Of a stretch of 64,000 nt of DNA, positions 10,718-22,906 are shown one piece after another (the stretch's first letter is position 1; the number at the start of each line of letters is the position of its first letter). The stretch is taken from NCBI RefSeq assembly GCF_963853765.1, contig NC_088858.1, positions 8,308,001 through 8,372,000 of the forward strand, given 5' to 3'. The position numbers were made by a program, and so were the translations under genes. Under the pieces are notes generated by a model. That model was not told the DNA's origin, did no database searches, and was given only the letters and a program-made list of their open reading frames with translations. Source of the stretch: Magallana gigas (Eukaryota).

Positions 10718-13700
10718 TGCTATCCAAGTAAGACAGAAGCTGACTCACTAGAAAACTAAAATGTCCTTGAACTATTATGATAAAGGTCACTTTTTTGATT
10801 AAATGAATCCACATTAATTATGCAGTTTCTATATGATATTTATCTGCACTCTGAACTTTAGCTGACGCACTAGCAAATTGAAATGTCCTTGAACTTTAGT
10901 TCAATCTCGCTCATCTTTGACGAAGAAGACATGAGCTAGATTCAAACTATCACCAATCTTTCAAGGACACAAGATGAATGAACATGAGAGTTTGACAGTT
11001 CATTCACGTAATCTTGTGCAACATCGCATGATAAACTAACCTTGTACCTAGACTTACTTTTGAATGCATGCACTTGTACATCTAGAACTAACGATTGATT
11101 TCTTCACCTTAAGTGTTCGGTCAATAAGATTAATTGGTGGAGTACTGCAAGGATGCTGCTTATCACAACTTGTATTTACATAAAGCAAACAAACATGTAC
11201 ACTGAGGTCAAGACGTATGAAAGACTCACATCAAATAATAGATTGAAAATTCTTAATCAAATATGTTCATTTCAAATAATATAAACGCATTGATACAGAT
11301 ATATTGATTAGCCATTCAGAATAATTCTCAGGAAAACAATATCGCGTATAGTTTGATATCCTTTCCTAAATGACTTGAATGTATTTTCACTTTGAAGCAC
11401 AAACAAATATTTTTTGCGAGTATTATATTTTTCGCGAGAAGAAAGTATCTTTATAATCAACATTTTCAATTTCTTAAAAAAGCGTGCCCCTATTATGAGA
11501 TCATAGCCATTGCTCATCATTTAGTAAATAAACTAAATTAACACGAAAAACATATCTAAGTATATAGCATGAATACTCATGAATGTGGATTGGCTAAATC
11601 AAAATAATGTTTAAAGATAAAACGAATTTACCAGTTGACCAAAAACATTTAAATACATCTACCCAACGACCGACCCCTCTAATGAATTCTTTAAAAATAA
11701 TGGCATTATTATATTAGAGTTTTTTTTTCAAAAATTTCAACCAAATCAAAATAAAATAAGAACTATCAATTAAAATGAGTTTATATGAGAAATTGTCAGA
11801 CTAAATACTCAGTACCTGTCTTCAATAAATAAAACAAAACCTAAAATACTTAAAGTTGACTGTGTTGTCCAAGATGATGACCGAATGATCCTTATTTCAG
11901 TCATGATAAATACAGAATAAAACTGCACTGGTCATTCATGCCAACATTAACTTGGCCAAAGGTCACGTTCAGATAAAAATTTACAACTCAATAGTAACTC
12001 AATTCATAAACTTGTATGGTGTTATCGCATTTATTTCCGATAACAAGGAATATTGGGTACAAATTAACTCGTACGGTTTATTTTTCTCGGATAATCGTGT
12101 CAAAATAAACTGTGTATTTAAACGTAGTTCTTGTTGCAGACAATTTGAGCTTATAACAAACAATCAAAAAAAGGAAAATGAAAAAAACAAACTTAAATCG
12201 ACTGCATGACTTTTTCGCTCATTCTGTTTTTATGTTAAACGAATAAGTAACCACAGCAAAATTCTGATTAAATCATTAAAATTTAAAATTCTGTTTTATA
12301 CTTGTTATAAAATACTTGATCAATTGATATATATTAAGAAAACTATATATATTTAACGATTTGTTAATAAAAAATCACAACCCGCTCCACCCCCGCAACT
12401 TTTTCTACATGATAAAAATCCTACCTGCTTCAGAACAGCGCAATGATGCTGCTGCAACGACACACACGAAAATTTGTAATTTCCACATCAGAAAATTTGA
12501 CTGAATGGGACCCCCTGGTGTATACTAATCAGGTACTATCAATAAGCTAGCACATCAAGGGATGAGAATTTGATCAGCTAGATACGTGGAGATACTGGGG
12601 TCCCTATCTCTGGGTCCTTGATATCGGTAGGACAGCTGCTGTTTCAACAGACGTCGCTCTCTCTCCCCTTCTGGTGGTCACTGTGTCTCGCTCAGGTGAA
12701 GGTCCCAGTTGGAACCGCTCGATGCCGAGTTTCTTAACTCCTGTATGGGCCCCCTTATCTGCTCCTGTATAGAGCCCATTCAAAGGTTTGAGAGAAAATT
12801 AATCGTGAAATAATTTTATTAAAGCGAAATTTTTTTTACTTGAAATGTAAGTCATATGTTGGTATTTTCTTAATTCATTTCATTAAAATTAATTTCACTG
12901 TTACGTATCTGATTCACGCAAAATCTATACCACCCTTTTCCCTTTTATACAACACAAATACTACTACGCACAATAAGAATTATTCGATTTCAAATATTTA
13001 GCATCATTTTTTCCTATTGTAAATCTTCTTGACATATGAGAGGCGATGATCCGTATCAAATACGACGTACTATACTAGTTGTCCTACTCATTCTACTGTA
13101 CAATTTACTTTTCAGGTGTAACCTCTTAATTGCTTATTTATTTCAGTGGTACTTATACTTGTTCAAGCTACACTATCGTTAATTATAACAAAACAATCTT
13201 AAAAACTTCTATTAATTTGTTATATTTTGCTTGATTTTAGTTTGTTTTTCTTAAAAAGAGGGAAAACATGTATAATCTTTAAAAAAAAATCATATACACA
13301 TGTATGTGGAAACTGCATCTGGCCCCAAACATTATTTACAAGAAATGAACACAGTTTAATTTAATATCTTTTCTTTGCATCATCGTTTTGTGGGTTATTT
13401 GAAATAAAACTTCTTGATGTGTGTGTGTGTGTGGGGGGGGGGGGGGTTGATAGAGTTGTTTGCCATCCTGACCCTACAATTAATTTTGTTTGACCTTGAC
13501 ATTTCATCTGACATATACAATGACATGCATCACCAGTAATCTGGCGTCAAGTGACCATGACAATACTACTACTGTATTAGAATAACACATCAAACTAAAA
13601 CGAATATATAAGCTGGATAAAGAAAGATAATGATGTTCTAGCTCCTGAGAATTATATGTAGAGCAAAGATGAAAGACTTAAAAAATCGTTTTGTCATCAG

Positions 13701-14590
13701 AACTTAGATACTTTCGCATGTTACATTACACATATAGATATTTCATTGTGTAATTAATATTAAACAAAAGTATGTCAAAGCCCACATAAACCTATCTAAG
13801 TGGGTCGTTACAGTTGTGTGTCTGTGTTTACTCTGTTATCGCCCCATGTTTAAGAGAGAGCCCACCTGATCGACAGACAAAAAACAAGTTGTCGTTTCCA
13901 CTGATTATAAGTATTAATGTTGGTAACACAGATTGTTTATCAATTCATTTAATGCAAATACATACATTCCTTGTCAAAATTGTTTTCATCCTATTTTACG
14001 CCCTTTACATACTTATCAACGTTTATAAAATTTTGCTGCAATGTACCCGTCTTCGACCTTGCAAAGCCCACTGGTTCAGTGTGAGCTGTAACTACCAACA
14101 GTTGAAAGACTAGAACAAACTGATAAAGTATATTTTCATTTTTCCAAACGACAAAATTTAATCGGGTAGCGTTTTTAAAAAAATGTCAGGGAGGTTTCAG
14201 CAAGGTGGACCTCAACAATTAACATAACAAAGCATGAACAAAATCGAAAGCGATTGCAAATTTTGAAAAAAAGCCTTTGCGTAGTTGATTGGCACTTGGT
14301 TGAATGAGACTTTATTAAAACGAGATCATAGATTTTGCAGAATGTAATTATATACATTTTTCAGTATATTGTAGCTTATATTAAGCTTTTCCATATCATC
14401 GGAAGGACAGACAGAACAAGAATTGACGAGGTGGAAGGACGACAATAACGATGATATATACGTGTGCGTACTTCTACTCACTTTAAATGAATTATTTAAA
14501 TGGAATATCAGAAACGTGTCAATTGTATACAGTCAATGCGCTCTTTGCTTATCAACACGGGTTATGAATATTAATAGATTAGTTACATCT

Positions 14591-15266
14591 CATAGGCGTT
14601 GGAACCGGGGGAGCTAAGGGGGCTTAGCCCCCCCCCCCCCCCCCCCACTTTTTTTGCAAAGTTAGACCTAACCATTAGGCACATAGCATCATAGAGGGTT
14701 CAGCCCCCCCCCCCCTTCCCACTTTTTCTCGCAGGAAAGACAATTGTTGCTAAATTTACCTTGAAAAGATGGAAGTCATAGGTATAGAACCATTTTAACA
14801 AGAGCTTGGACTTTGGGTAGTTGTGTCAAACAAAAACAACATTGTGACGTAGGCCTGTCTATTTCATTGAACTCAGCCCAAGCTCTTTGAAATCAACACG
14901 ATTTGTCTGGCTTTTGAGTTAAGACTACGCAATCGGTGTATATTTCGCTTGACACCAGCGTCATTCTTAACTTGTTTTGACGCAAAAAATAGATTGTTAC
15001 ATCCTACTGAAAGTCCAAGGCCTTGGTAAAATGGTTCTAATAGCCCCCCCAACCCCCAACCCCACCCCACGGATTAGGAATTTCAAGATTTGGAGGAAAA
15101 AAATTTTGGTAGGTAAGATTTTTTTACTATAGGTATACCTTCCCCTTCCCCACGGAATAGGATTTTCACGATTTTGGGAACTACGTTTTTTTTTTTTTGC
15201 TTGTCAAGATTACTGAGGATGAGTCTAGCCCCCCCCCCAACTTTCAATTTACTTCCGACGCCACTG
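14591..15266. mobile_element. Non-autonomous DNA transposon with poly-C/poly-G tracts, CA...TG ends and 5-bp TSD
   Basis: Ends cataggcgttggaa / ttccgacgccactg (3 mismatches in 14); catct duplicated at 14586-14590 and 15267-15271; interior matches the 63397-63841 element in reverse orientation. Confidence 0.75.
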
Positions 15267-16190
15267 CATCTACATACATATGTAGCAATCATCGCCATTT
15301 TTGTATAACCCGCTGCATGACATGTAGATATTGTATATAGACAGCAATGATTTTTGACTTCATACCCCATTGAAACACCAAAGAAAGCAGTTCATTGTTA
15401 AGTTGATTAATCATGTAGTTACACGTTCATTCATTGCAGGACAAATTTCTTTTACATTATCAAAAATATGGAACCACGACTAGTTCCAACCAGCATGCTG
15501 CCCCTCTAATGTGTCGCATTTGAGAAACCAACCTGGTTATTGAATTAAGGATTTTGGTGCTCACTTTAACTTAACTAAAGTCTGAATGATCATTCAAATT
15601 TTTACATTCCAAGAGTCATGTTTAAGGGTTTGTCAATCGTGTTCTTTAAAAATTACATGATAAAAATAAAGAAAAGATATTGCCTTGGACGAAAGGTAAC
15701 TATGCGCAGTGTACAGACTGCTGTACGCAGGAATGGGTTGTACATTGCAACGTCGACGTCACCATCGAAAACACAACGCCAGTTTTTGTACGCTAACTAC
15801 TACTGGAAACCAAACACTAATCTCGTGTCATGTACACTTACAGCATTTGGAAACACGGGAACAATCTCGCATATGTAAACTACAGTACAATCATGTAGGA
15901 CTTATACGGTCGGTAGAGTTTTAATTATAACTTTAGGCAAGGGTTTCTAATGACCAATGCAATGAACACAAACAAAACCACTGTATACTTCCATACAATA
16001 GAAGATTGGACAGATTCAGATATCGTTAATAAAAAAGACAAATTGTAATAAATGCATTTTATGCAATGTAATACATTTCAACAATAGTACATGATATTCG
16101 GAGCGAAAGATCCGTTCGGTATAAGTTTGTCTAACGATAGATTATCATTATGCATATTAGTGTAACAGTATAGTATCGACTAAACTGTCG

Positions 16191-17288
16191 TCAAACATCA
16201 AAACGTTCGATAACTTTACGTGATCTACTCGGCATGATGACTAGATTATCGGAGAATATCAGGTTGCCGTACACCGTAGTGGCGTGAGTATTGTGATTAA
16301 CGATGTCAGACTCGGAGGCCGAGAAGCTACTCTCAGAACTCTCAGAAGGGGGCGCTGTGTTAGGCAGAGTGAACGACATCCAGGTGTTCAGTTCCTGTGC
16401 CAACTCGGCCTCTTCATCACTGGAACCAATCCTGGTAGAACTTCCGGTTTCCATCAGCCAATCATCGGGGTCACGTGTCTGTCTGTATGATTCGATTAAA
16501 TTTTCGAGTTCCAATTCCATTTCCCGCTCATACGATCCTGTGTAGAGGGGTTCCGGCACATCGTTCCTAAACACATCGCCATCGAATTCAGATGACGAGT
16601 CAAGTGTAAAACTCGTCTGTGTTGTTGCTTCCGCTATTACTTGCTGAGTATTTTCAAAACTGGCGGTGGTTCTTTTAATGGAATTTATTTCTTTATACGT
16701 TCCACTTGATTTGGAAGAAGAGCTATGTCTATCTATGGTAGATATTGAACTTTTGAATTCGGGAACGATTGTAACAATTTTTGCAGATTCTTTTAGTTGT
16801 GCAGTGCAACGTGTAGTTCTTACTATAGAATCTCGTTTTCTTTGATCTTCGGAATTAAATTCATCACAAACAAAACTAGTAGCGTTGTATTCTTCCCTGA
16901 ACTCTTCTTTAGGATTAACCAATGAAGACAGTTTAAATGAGGACACTGGAAAAGATAGAGATCTCCCCCATCTTGGCCGCTGATAGGAGGTTGAAATGTC
17001 AAGATAGGAAAGGTCAAGGTCAGGAGATTCGTCAACTGTACGCACAGTATCTATCAGTTTTTGTAAAGCATCTTCGCGACGTGGACATTCGGTACCGTTT
17101 TGGTGATTACAGAGTTTTGTGGACTTCCGGTCAAAGCTCTCCTGAATTTCTGTGGTCACCGTGTCTATGTCCCGGATGAGACGTTGTAGGTCCTGAACCA
17201 TTGAATCCAGGTTATGCTGAAAGTCCTCCATGTTCTGTATGACGTGTCGCACCATTTTTCTCACACAGGTGCTGGTTTGACCGGTCAT
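16191..17288 (-). CDS. 365-aa protein in a single coding exon; N-terminal coiled coil resembling INSYN1/PRR16 (largen) family, then a long Ser/Glu-rich disordered region
   Basis: Long ORF; acceptor ttatctttcag| at 17367 with an in-frame TAA upstream of the ATG; VRKMVRHVIQNMEDFQHNLDSMVQDLQRLIRDIDTVTTEIQ aligns by eye with the INSYN1/PRR16 N-terminal motif (recalled, not searched). Confidence 0.8.
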   Translation of the reverse strand: MTGQTSTCVRKMVRHVIQNMEDFQHNLDSMVQDLQRLIRDIDTVTTEIQESFDRKSTKLCNHQNGTECPRREDALQKLIDTVRTVDESPDLDLSYLDISTSYQRPRWGRSLSFPVSSFKLSSLVNPKEEFREEYNATSFVCDEFNSEDQRKRDSIVRTTRCTAQLKESAKIVTIVPEFKSSISTIDRHSSSSKSSGTYKEINSIKRTTASFENTQQVIAEATTQTSFTLDSSSEFDGDVFRNDVPEPLYTGSYEREMELELENLIESYRQTRDPDDWLMETGSSTRIGSSDEEAELAQELNTWMSFTLPNTAPPSESSESSFSASESDIVNHNTHATTVYGNLIFSDNLVIMPSRSRKVIERFDV

Positions 17289-17786
17289 GCTAATCTTGAC
17301 GATTATGTCAAGCGATAACCTTACATGTCTGGGAGCGGTCTGGAATAGGAAAGAGACAATTTACAATCTGAAAGATAAAAAACTATACCTTTAAATTAAA
17401 GAAGTAATGAAGGGATTGGCAATGGGTTTTTTTCTGATTTGTACTATTATTTACAAAGATTTTGATATTTGTCAATCATAATCATACTATGCATTTACAG
17501 AGTAAAGGTAGTCATTTATACTCATTTGTATATAAAAATACTGTTCAGTGCTGTCATAATTTGGGACTAAAATCCCATAATGTTAAAATTTAATTGTTTG
17601 GCTGCGATATTGTCAAATATCTAATTGAATTTCTTTCCATGTATATAAATGAACACAAATACGGGCGAATGTGTACGGACATCATGACAAATGACGCAAC
17701 TAATGTCGTGGTGCTATTTCGTTCAAGCTTGTTACTTTCAATCAATGCGAGGAGTGATTTATGGGTGAAATATCTAACCTAATTAA

Positions 17787-18205
17787 AGCTGAACACCGCT
17801 CGTAAATAGGCACCGTCACACAGATACCTGGTATATAAACCCTTCGATTTCGTTACACCCGATTGCACACCTGAACCTCGTGGCCGACATGTAGTATTCC
17901 TTTCGTGGTCTTTAGATTTTATACATTTTTTCTTATCTTATGTTCATTTTCTGTTCGTAAATAATTCATTGACCAATTTATTTGATGTTAGTATTCTCCT
18001 GGCTTCAAAAAGGTGCGTAAAATTTGATAATTTCATCGCGACCGAGTAACACGGCGAGGCAAAATGTACGTCCACACAGGTGAGACCTCTACAGCGAAGT
18101 ACTTTGAACTGTTTAGAGGTTTGTCCCTTATATAAGGGTTGTAGAGACAGCAGTGATTAAAGAGAAATATGGCGGACAGTGCCTATTTACGAGCGGTGTT
18201 CAGCT
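17787..18205. mobile_element. 419-bp TTAA-specific MITE (Kolobok-like, AG...CT ends)
   Basis: TTAA|agctgaacaccgctcgtaaataggca ... tgcctatttacgagcggtgttcagct|TTAA. Confidence 0.9.
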
Positions 18206-18753
18206 TTAAGGAAACCTACAGGGCCCAAACTTATGCAACGGCTAGGAGAAATATATGAACCGGGGAAAATTGCAAAAGATATGCAGTTTGTCTGCATATT
18301 GGCTTGCTGTATAATAAAAAGAAATCAATATTGCGGAGTATAGCCATTGACTTTTGTGTAAGATTCCGATTTTTTTTTTGTAGAAATAAAACAAGACTAT
18401 GTAACATTTATTGTATGTTTGTCCGTGATGTTTGATCGACGTGTACTGGAAATGGAATGCATCTAAATAACATACATGTGAAATAACGACCATATAAATT
18501 TTCTCAGCAAATTCTAAGACAATTTGAATTGGAAAAGAAATTTAACCATTTGGTGAACAACTTTACTAAAACCAATCGTATTATTTGTAACTAAAATGTT
18601 CTCGTCTACTCTGCTGCTAGCTGACTGCACTCTGAAAGTGTTTGATTCTTTGAGTATGGATCGAATTACCCTATGTGTCATCTCATTACCACAGTCAGAA
18701 TTGTACGTAAACTATTAATGAGGCAAACTCTATATCTACTATAAATGCTTTTT

Positions 18754-18757
<4 letters not shown>

Positions 18758-18809
<52 letters not shown>
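18758..18809. repeat. (TC)26 microsatellite
   Basis: Direct reading. Confidence 0.95.
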
Positions 18810-18811
<2 letters not shown>

Positions 18812-19283
18812 GACACTATCGTATTACTTTACAATTAGAATTTAAAACTAATAAACACAGACATGTCACTGGTATATAAAAAACGGCAAAGCTAATAAGC
18901 ATATCAGGTTTACATCAAATTTACAATCCAAGGATTAAATGCACCGTAAATAAAACAGGGAAGATAGACTTTAAAGATATTGCAACAAGAAATCGGGTAC
19001 ACTTCGGACAATGGTACTCTAGATAAGCACCGCTTAACTAAACCTCGGATAAGGTGTTACTTTTTGAACCTTCAAAACCAACAAATCGCGCTAAGGCGAC
19101 CAATTGCGGCATTATCATCAGTGCAGAAAGGTTGCACCTCTTGAGATTTGTTCGTGTCGACAAGTTTAATCGCATTTTCGCAATTCAAGATTATTCTAAA
19201 ACATATGTTTATGTCTTCGGAAAATGAATTCAGAACAAAGGTGTGTTCTTTAGTATACAACCATCTATTACTGTGTTTCTTAC

Positions 19284-19473
19284 CTTAACGATCGGATTCT
19301 CTCCCCTCTCTTCGGGACCCAGGACTGCCTACCCCTGAACCACTTATTTCTGACGAATCGTCCGTTCCCCCAAATCCCCAACTTCCTGATACCGCGAAAA
19401 TCAATGGAAGAAGCTGCCTCATCATTTCTCTCGCTCGTCTGGTCATGTGTTATGTTCCATTGCAGTATGTCGT
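19284..19473 (-). other. Candidate internal 5' UTR exon of the INSYN1/PRR16-like gene, containing a 53-codon uORF (19446-19285)
   Basis: Acceptor tttttttctctcggcag| and donor AAG|gtaaga; GC-rich relative to flanks. Confidence 0.55.
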
Positions 19474-20151
19474 CTGCCGAGAGAAAAAAAGTACGCTGTA
19501 AAATCACGTAAGAATTAAGTCGCGGAACTAATTCATCAGAAGGTGATTAAATATAGGTTATTACACAGGTATTGTTAATCTGTACAAAATACGTGTTCAA
19601 ATTTTTAGTTAGTTTGACACAAATCCGTGAAAGTGATTTAATAAAACTCAGCTCCTTTTTATAAAGAAATCGCATACGAACTAAATACGGTAACTAATTG
19701 GGTATTGCATTTCGAATTTACAGACCTCTTTTTTGTATCCCCAACAAAAGAAAAAGGGCTCATTTATGTCTTAAAAATACAATCTTTATCTATGAAGAAA
19801 TATCACAATAACGTTTAATTAGGTAGTCCCATTGCCTCTTTACTTCTGCTACACAATATTAACACCGAAACTAATGCTCGGTTAGCACGCAATGTGTATT
19901 TTTATCATAAATAACTATACTGCACATTTGGGCTATGTTTTGCTGGCAGATAGTAAAACTGGCTTATTGATTACCGTGTCCTGGGATTTCACGGCTACAA
20001 GATTGCTGAATCTTCAAATACTCAGGGAAATACTCTGGGAAATAGCAAATTCACCAACCCCCCCCCCCCCCAAAAAAAAAAAACTAAACCAAAAATCCCA
20101 CTGCATTCTGACAACAACAAAAAATAACGTACATTTACAATGCGTTAATAT

Positions 20152-20154
<3 letters not shown>

Positions 20155-20190
<36 letters not shown>
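20155..20190. repeat. (AG)18 microsatellite
   Basis: Direct reading. Confidence 0.95.
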
Positions 20191-20191
<1 letters not shown>

Positions 20192-21025
20192 ATTTATAGT
20201 AGATACTAGTATACTGTTTGCCTCGTTTCAGTGTGGAGTGAATGTATAACAAGTTCACCTCCCCCCTCCGTCTCCTTGTATATATTGACTGCTGATGAGT
20301 CAGAGTGCAGTAGACACTCTGTATATTGGGACTGCTGTGTAGGGGCTCCGTTAACCTGTCTTACCCGATCTGTCGACGAATGCATACATGTACATGTACA
20401 TACTCGACGCTTCCCCACAAAGTAATCATACAGACCCAGGGATATTTCAATCAGAAATGAGGTATTATTAATAAACCCAATGACAGGATCGAAAATCAAT
20501 TGTTAATAAATCGTATGTTTGTACTGTAATTATGATTCAAGAACTTAAATTTATTACCATTCATTGATGTAAGTGGGGGGGGGGGGGGGGGTGGGGGGGG
20601 GTTAACCAACGATTAAAAAGTCTCACAAGCATTTAAAAAACAAAAAAGCATGCTAGAAAATAGACTGAGGAAGACCTATAAGTAAGTCAACCTCTTACCA
20701 CCCCTTCTTTCGAATCTTTTAACAGTGCCTAAAATTCAAACTATTTCCTTATACGACTATTTTTGTCAGTAAGATGCCCATCCTACTGTGATATTTACCT
20801 GAGCACTGTGTTTTCAAGAGCAGTACATATTATCCTATACAATTTTACACATTCCTCAGGTCACATGGTTGACTAGAAAATTAAGATTCAATTGAAAACA
20901 AGGATAGCAGGTTTTAAAAAAAATATCGGCGGGGACAATGCAAAGAGCGTGATTATTAACATTAATTTTGATAAATTCCCGTTTTCTGACCACAATATAC
21001 AGATTTTTCTGTTGAGCAGACTTAC

Positions 21026-21130
21026 CTTGTTTTTATACTGCTCACAGCCGATAAAACAGATGTCTCTTCTAAAACAATCGGTACAGTCGTATGCTCGAGT
21101 GCTCTCAGTGTATCCAGCGGAGTGCAGCTA
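21026..21130 (-). other. Candidate first (non-coding) exon of the INSYN1/PRR16-like gene; 5' end approximate
   Basis: Perfect consensus donor AAG|gtaagt at 21026 preceded by a CpG-containing stretch. Confidence 0.35.
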
Positions 21131-21306
21131 ATTGGAATTTTGACGAATTACGTAACCAACTCGACTTGTTAAAAGTTTTAAATACCTGAAATTGGGAATG
21201 ACTAGAGTTATCTCTCTTGAGATAGGTCGAATCTTGTAATGTTCGTCTATCTTGAATAAGGTTGTCGGGACTGTGACAGATTAGGCAATAAGTCTCTCTC
21301 TATTAA

Positions 21307-21638
21307 AGAAATATGAGCTGCATTTTTCATGTTGATTTTTTTTCACTAAAATGTTCTTTTCTACTAAAATGACAAAAATATCATGGTTTTTAAATTTCTG
21401 TTAGCCATATGTTTGTGGAAAAGGCCGTTAAGAAGCCTTAGAGAAAAATTGAATTATTGTCGTCCTGTACAAAAATTGATTTGCAATATATTACTTAGAA
21501 AAGAAATATTTCCTTTGACGAAAATTAATGATTTTTTCAAACCTTATTTATCATAAAGGTTTAGGTTATATGCAGACTTATCATACTAGCAGGTTTTTGC
21601 AGCAAAATAAAATTCTAAAAAATACAGCTCATATTGCT
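21307..21638. mobile_element. 332-bp TTAA MITE (Kolobok-like); same family as 42369-42678
   Basis: TTAA|agaaatatgagctg ... cagctcatattgct|TTAA; interior is the reverse complement of the 42.4-kb copy. Confidence 0.85.
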
Positions 21639-22348
21639 TTAAGAGTTATCTCTCTTTTAACTTTGTCTTTGTTCCTTAAAGACTAAGGCAACATCACCCC
21701 ACCTCCTTTCATGCAACTGAATAGTGTTCGACATTTATTGCATTTTACTGTGCACGCGGCAATGTAAAGCCAACGTGAGCGCCTTAGATGCATGCTTAGA
21801 TTTAGGCTACATATCCATCCACCAAACTCATATGGAGAATGTTTTCTTGTTGGAAAGAAGGATTGTTATCAAATAACCTTATTATTAACGTGTAATAGTA
21901 TTAATTTTTATATCAGTCAAATAATTTACGGATAACGTCTTCATAATATTGTCAATTCAAATCAACATAAAAGGTATATCTCGATATTGTTATATATAGA
22001 AGTGCGTCCCGTTAGTACATGTCCACGTAATAGATCCGGAGATGGACTGCATGATATATGACCAGACCCCCTCCACCTTTAGTTATCCTCTTGGGGTCAC
22101 AGCTAAGGTCAGTTTCAAAGTATTCTGATCCTCTGCTTATTATCTGTCTTGTGTTTTAAATAATTCATTTGTAAATTTAATATATTTGTAACAATCGGAC
22201 GATTACGCAATGCAAATTCAAGGGCATAGATTATCTAGACTAGATCATTTATTGTAGCAATTCAACACGAAACTGTCCCCATTCCAACCGTAGTATGACG
22301 GAGCCCGTCCAATGATCAGACGACAGCTGATGAAAATCGCGTTCTATC

Positions 22349-22427
22349 ATCCTCACAATGTCAGGGGTCCCGAGTCCACTAGTGGCCGTGGAACGAGTGG
22401 ACTTAAGACCCCTAACATTGTGAGGAT
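22349..22427 (-). other. 79-nt hairpin (32-bp stem, 15-nt loop)
   Basis: atcctcacaatgtcaggggtcccgagtccact vs agtggacttaagacccctaacattgtgaggat; on the minus strand 31/32 positions pair (3 G-U). Confidence 0.6.
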
Positions 22428-22900
22428 GTCATTCTCTATAAATGGCCCAGTGGCTGTCACATCACAAGTCTTTGTTGACAATAACACCCTTTATACACAG
22501 TTTGACCGCATTCACTTCCCCATCATTGGTTATATGGACACCACTTATTACAATCATATCTCGGCACAACATATAGTTTTATTTAAGTAATTATCCCTCT
22601 ATATTTCTATCAGGTTATTGTCCCTATTAGCAGCTAGATGCAAAATAAATTGGACAAAGTTCATTGTCAAAAGACACCCAAGACATCGATTTCAGGTGCT
22701 CTCTTCTGTTTCTCGTCAGATACATAATAATACATCACAAGAGATAATTCTCCCTCAAGTTCATTCTGTAAATCAACAATTGATGCAATCTTTCCGAGGT
22801 ACACCCTGTTGATAAGGGATGCAGCAGGCTAATTCATTCTCAGCAGGATCACATCTTGAAAGAAAAAAACTTCAACAAAACAAAACGGATAATATCAAAC

Positions 22901-22906
22901 TTTATT
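22901..22906 (-). terminator. Candidate polyadenylation signal of the NCX gene (AATAAA, ~1.55 kb after the stop)
   Basis: tttatt on the plus strand; position alone, unverified. Confidence 0.3.

Noticed and set aside
11816-11904. Possible signal-peptide exon for the MAM gene (MTEIRIIRSSSWTTQSTLSILGFVLFIED)
   Set aside because: Its donor is phase 2 but the 9738 acceptor needs phase 1, and no bridging exon was found; left unresolved.
22265-22345. GAAA ... CTGATGA motifs suggesting a hammerhead ribozyme
   Set aside because: Stems II and III and the NUH site cannot be formed in any permutation.
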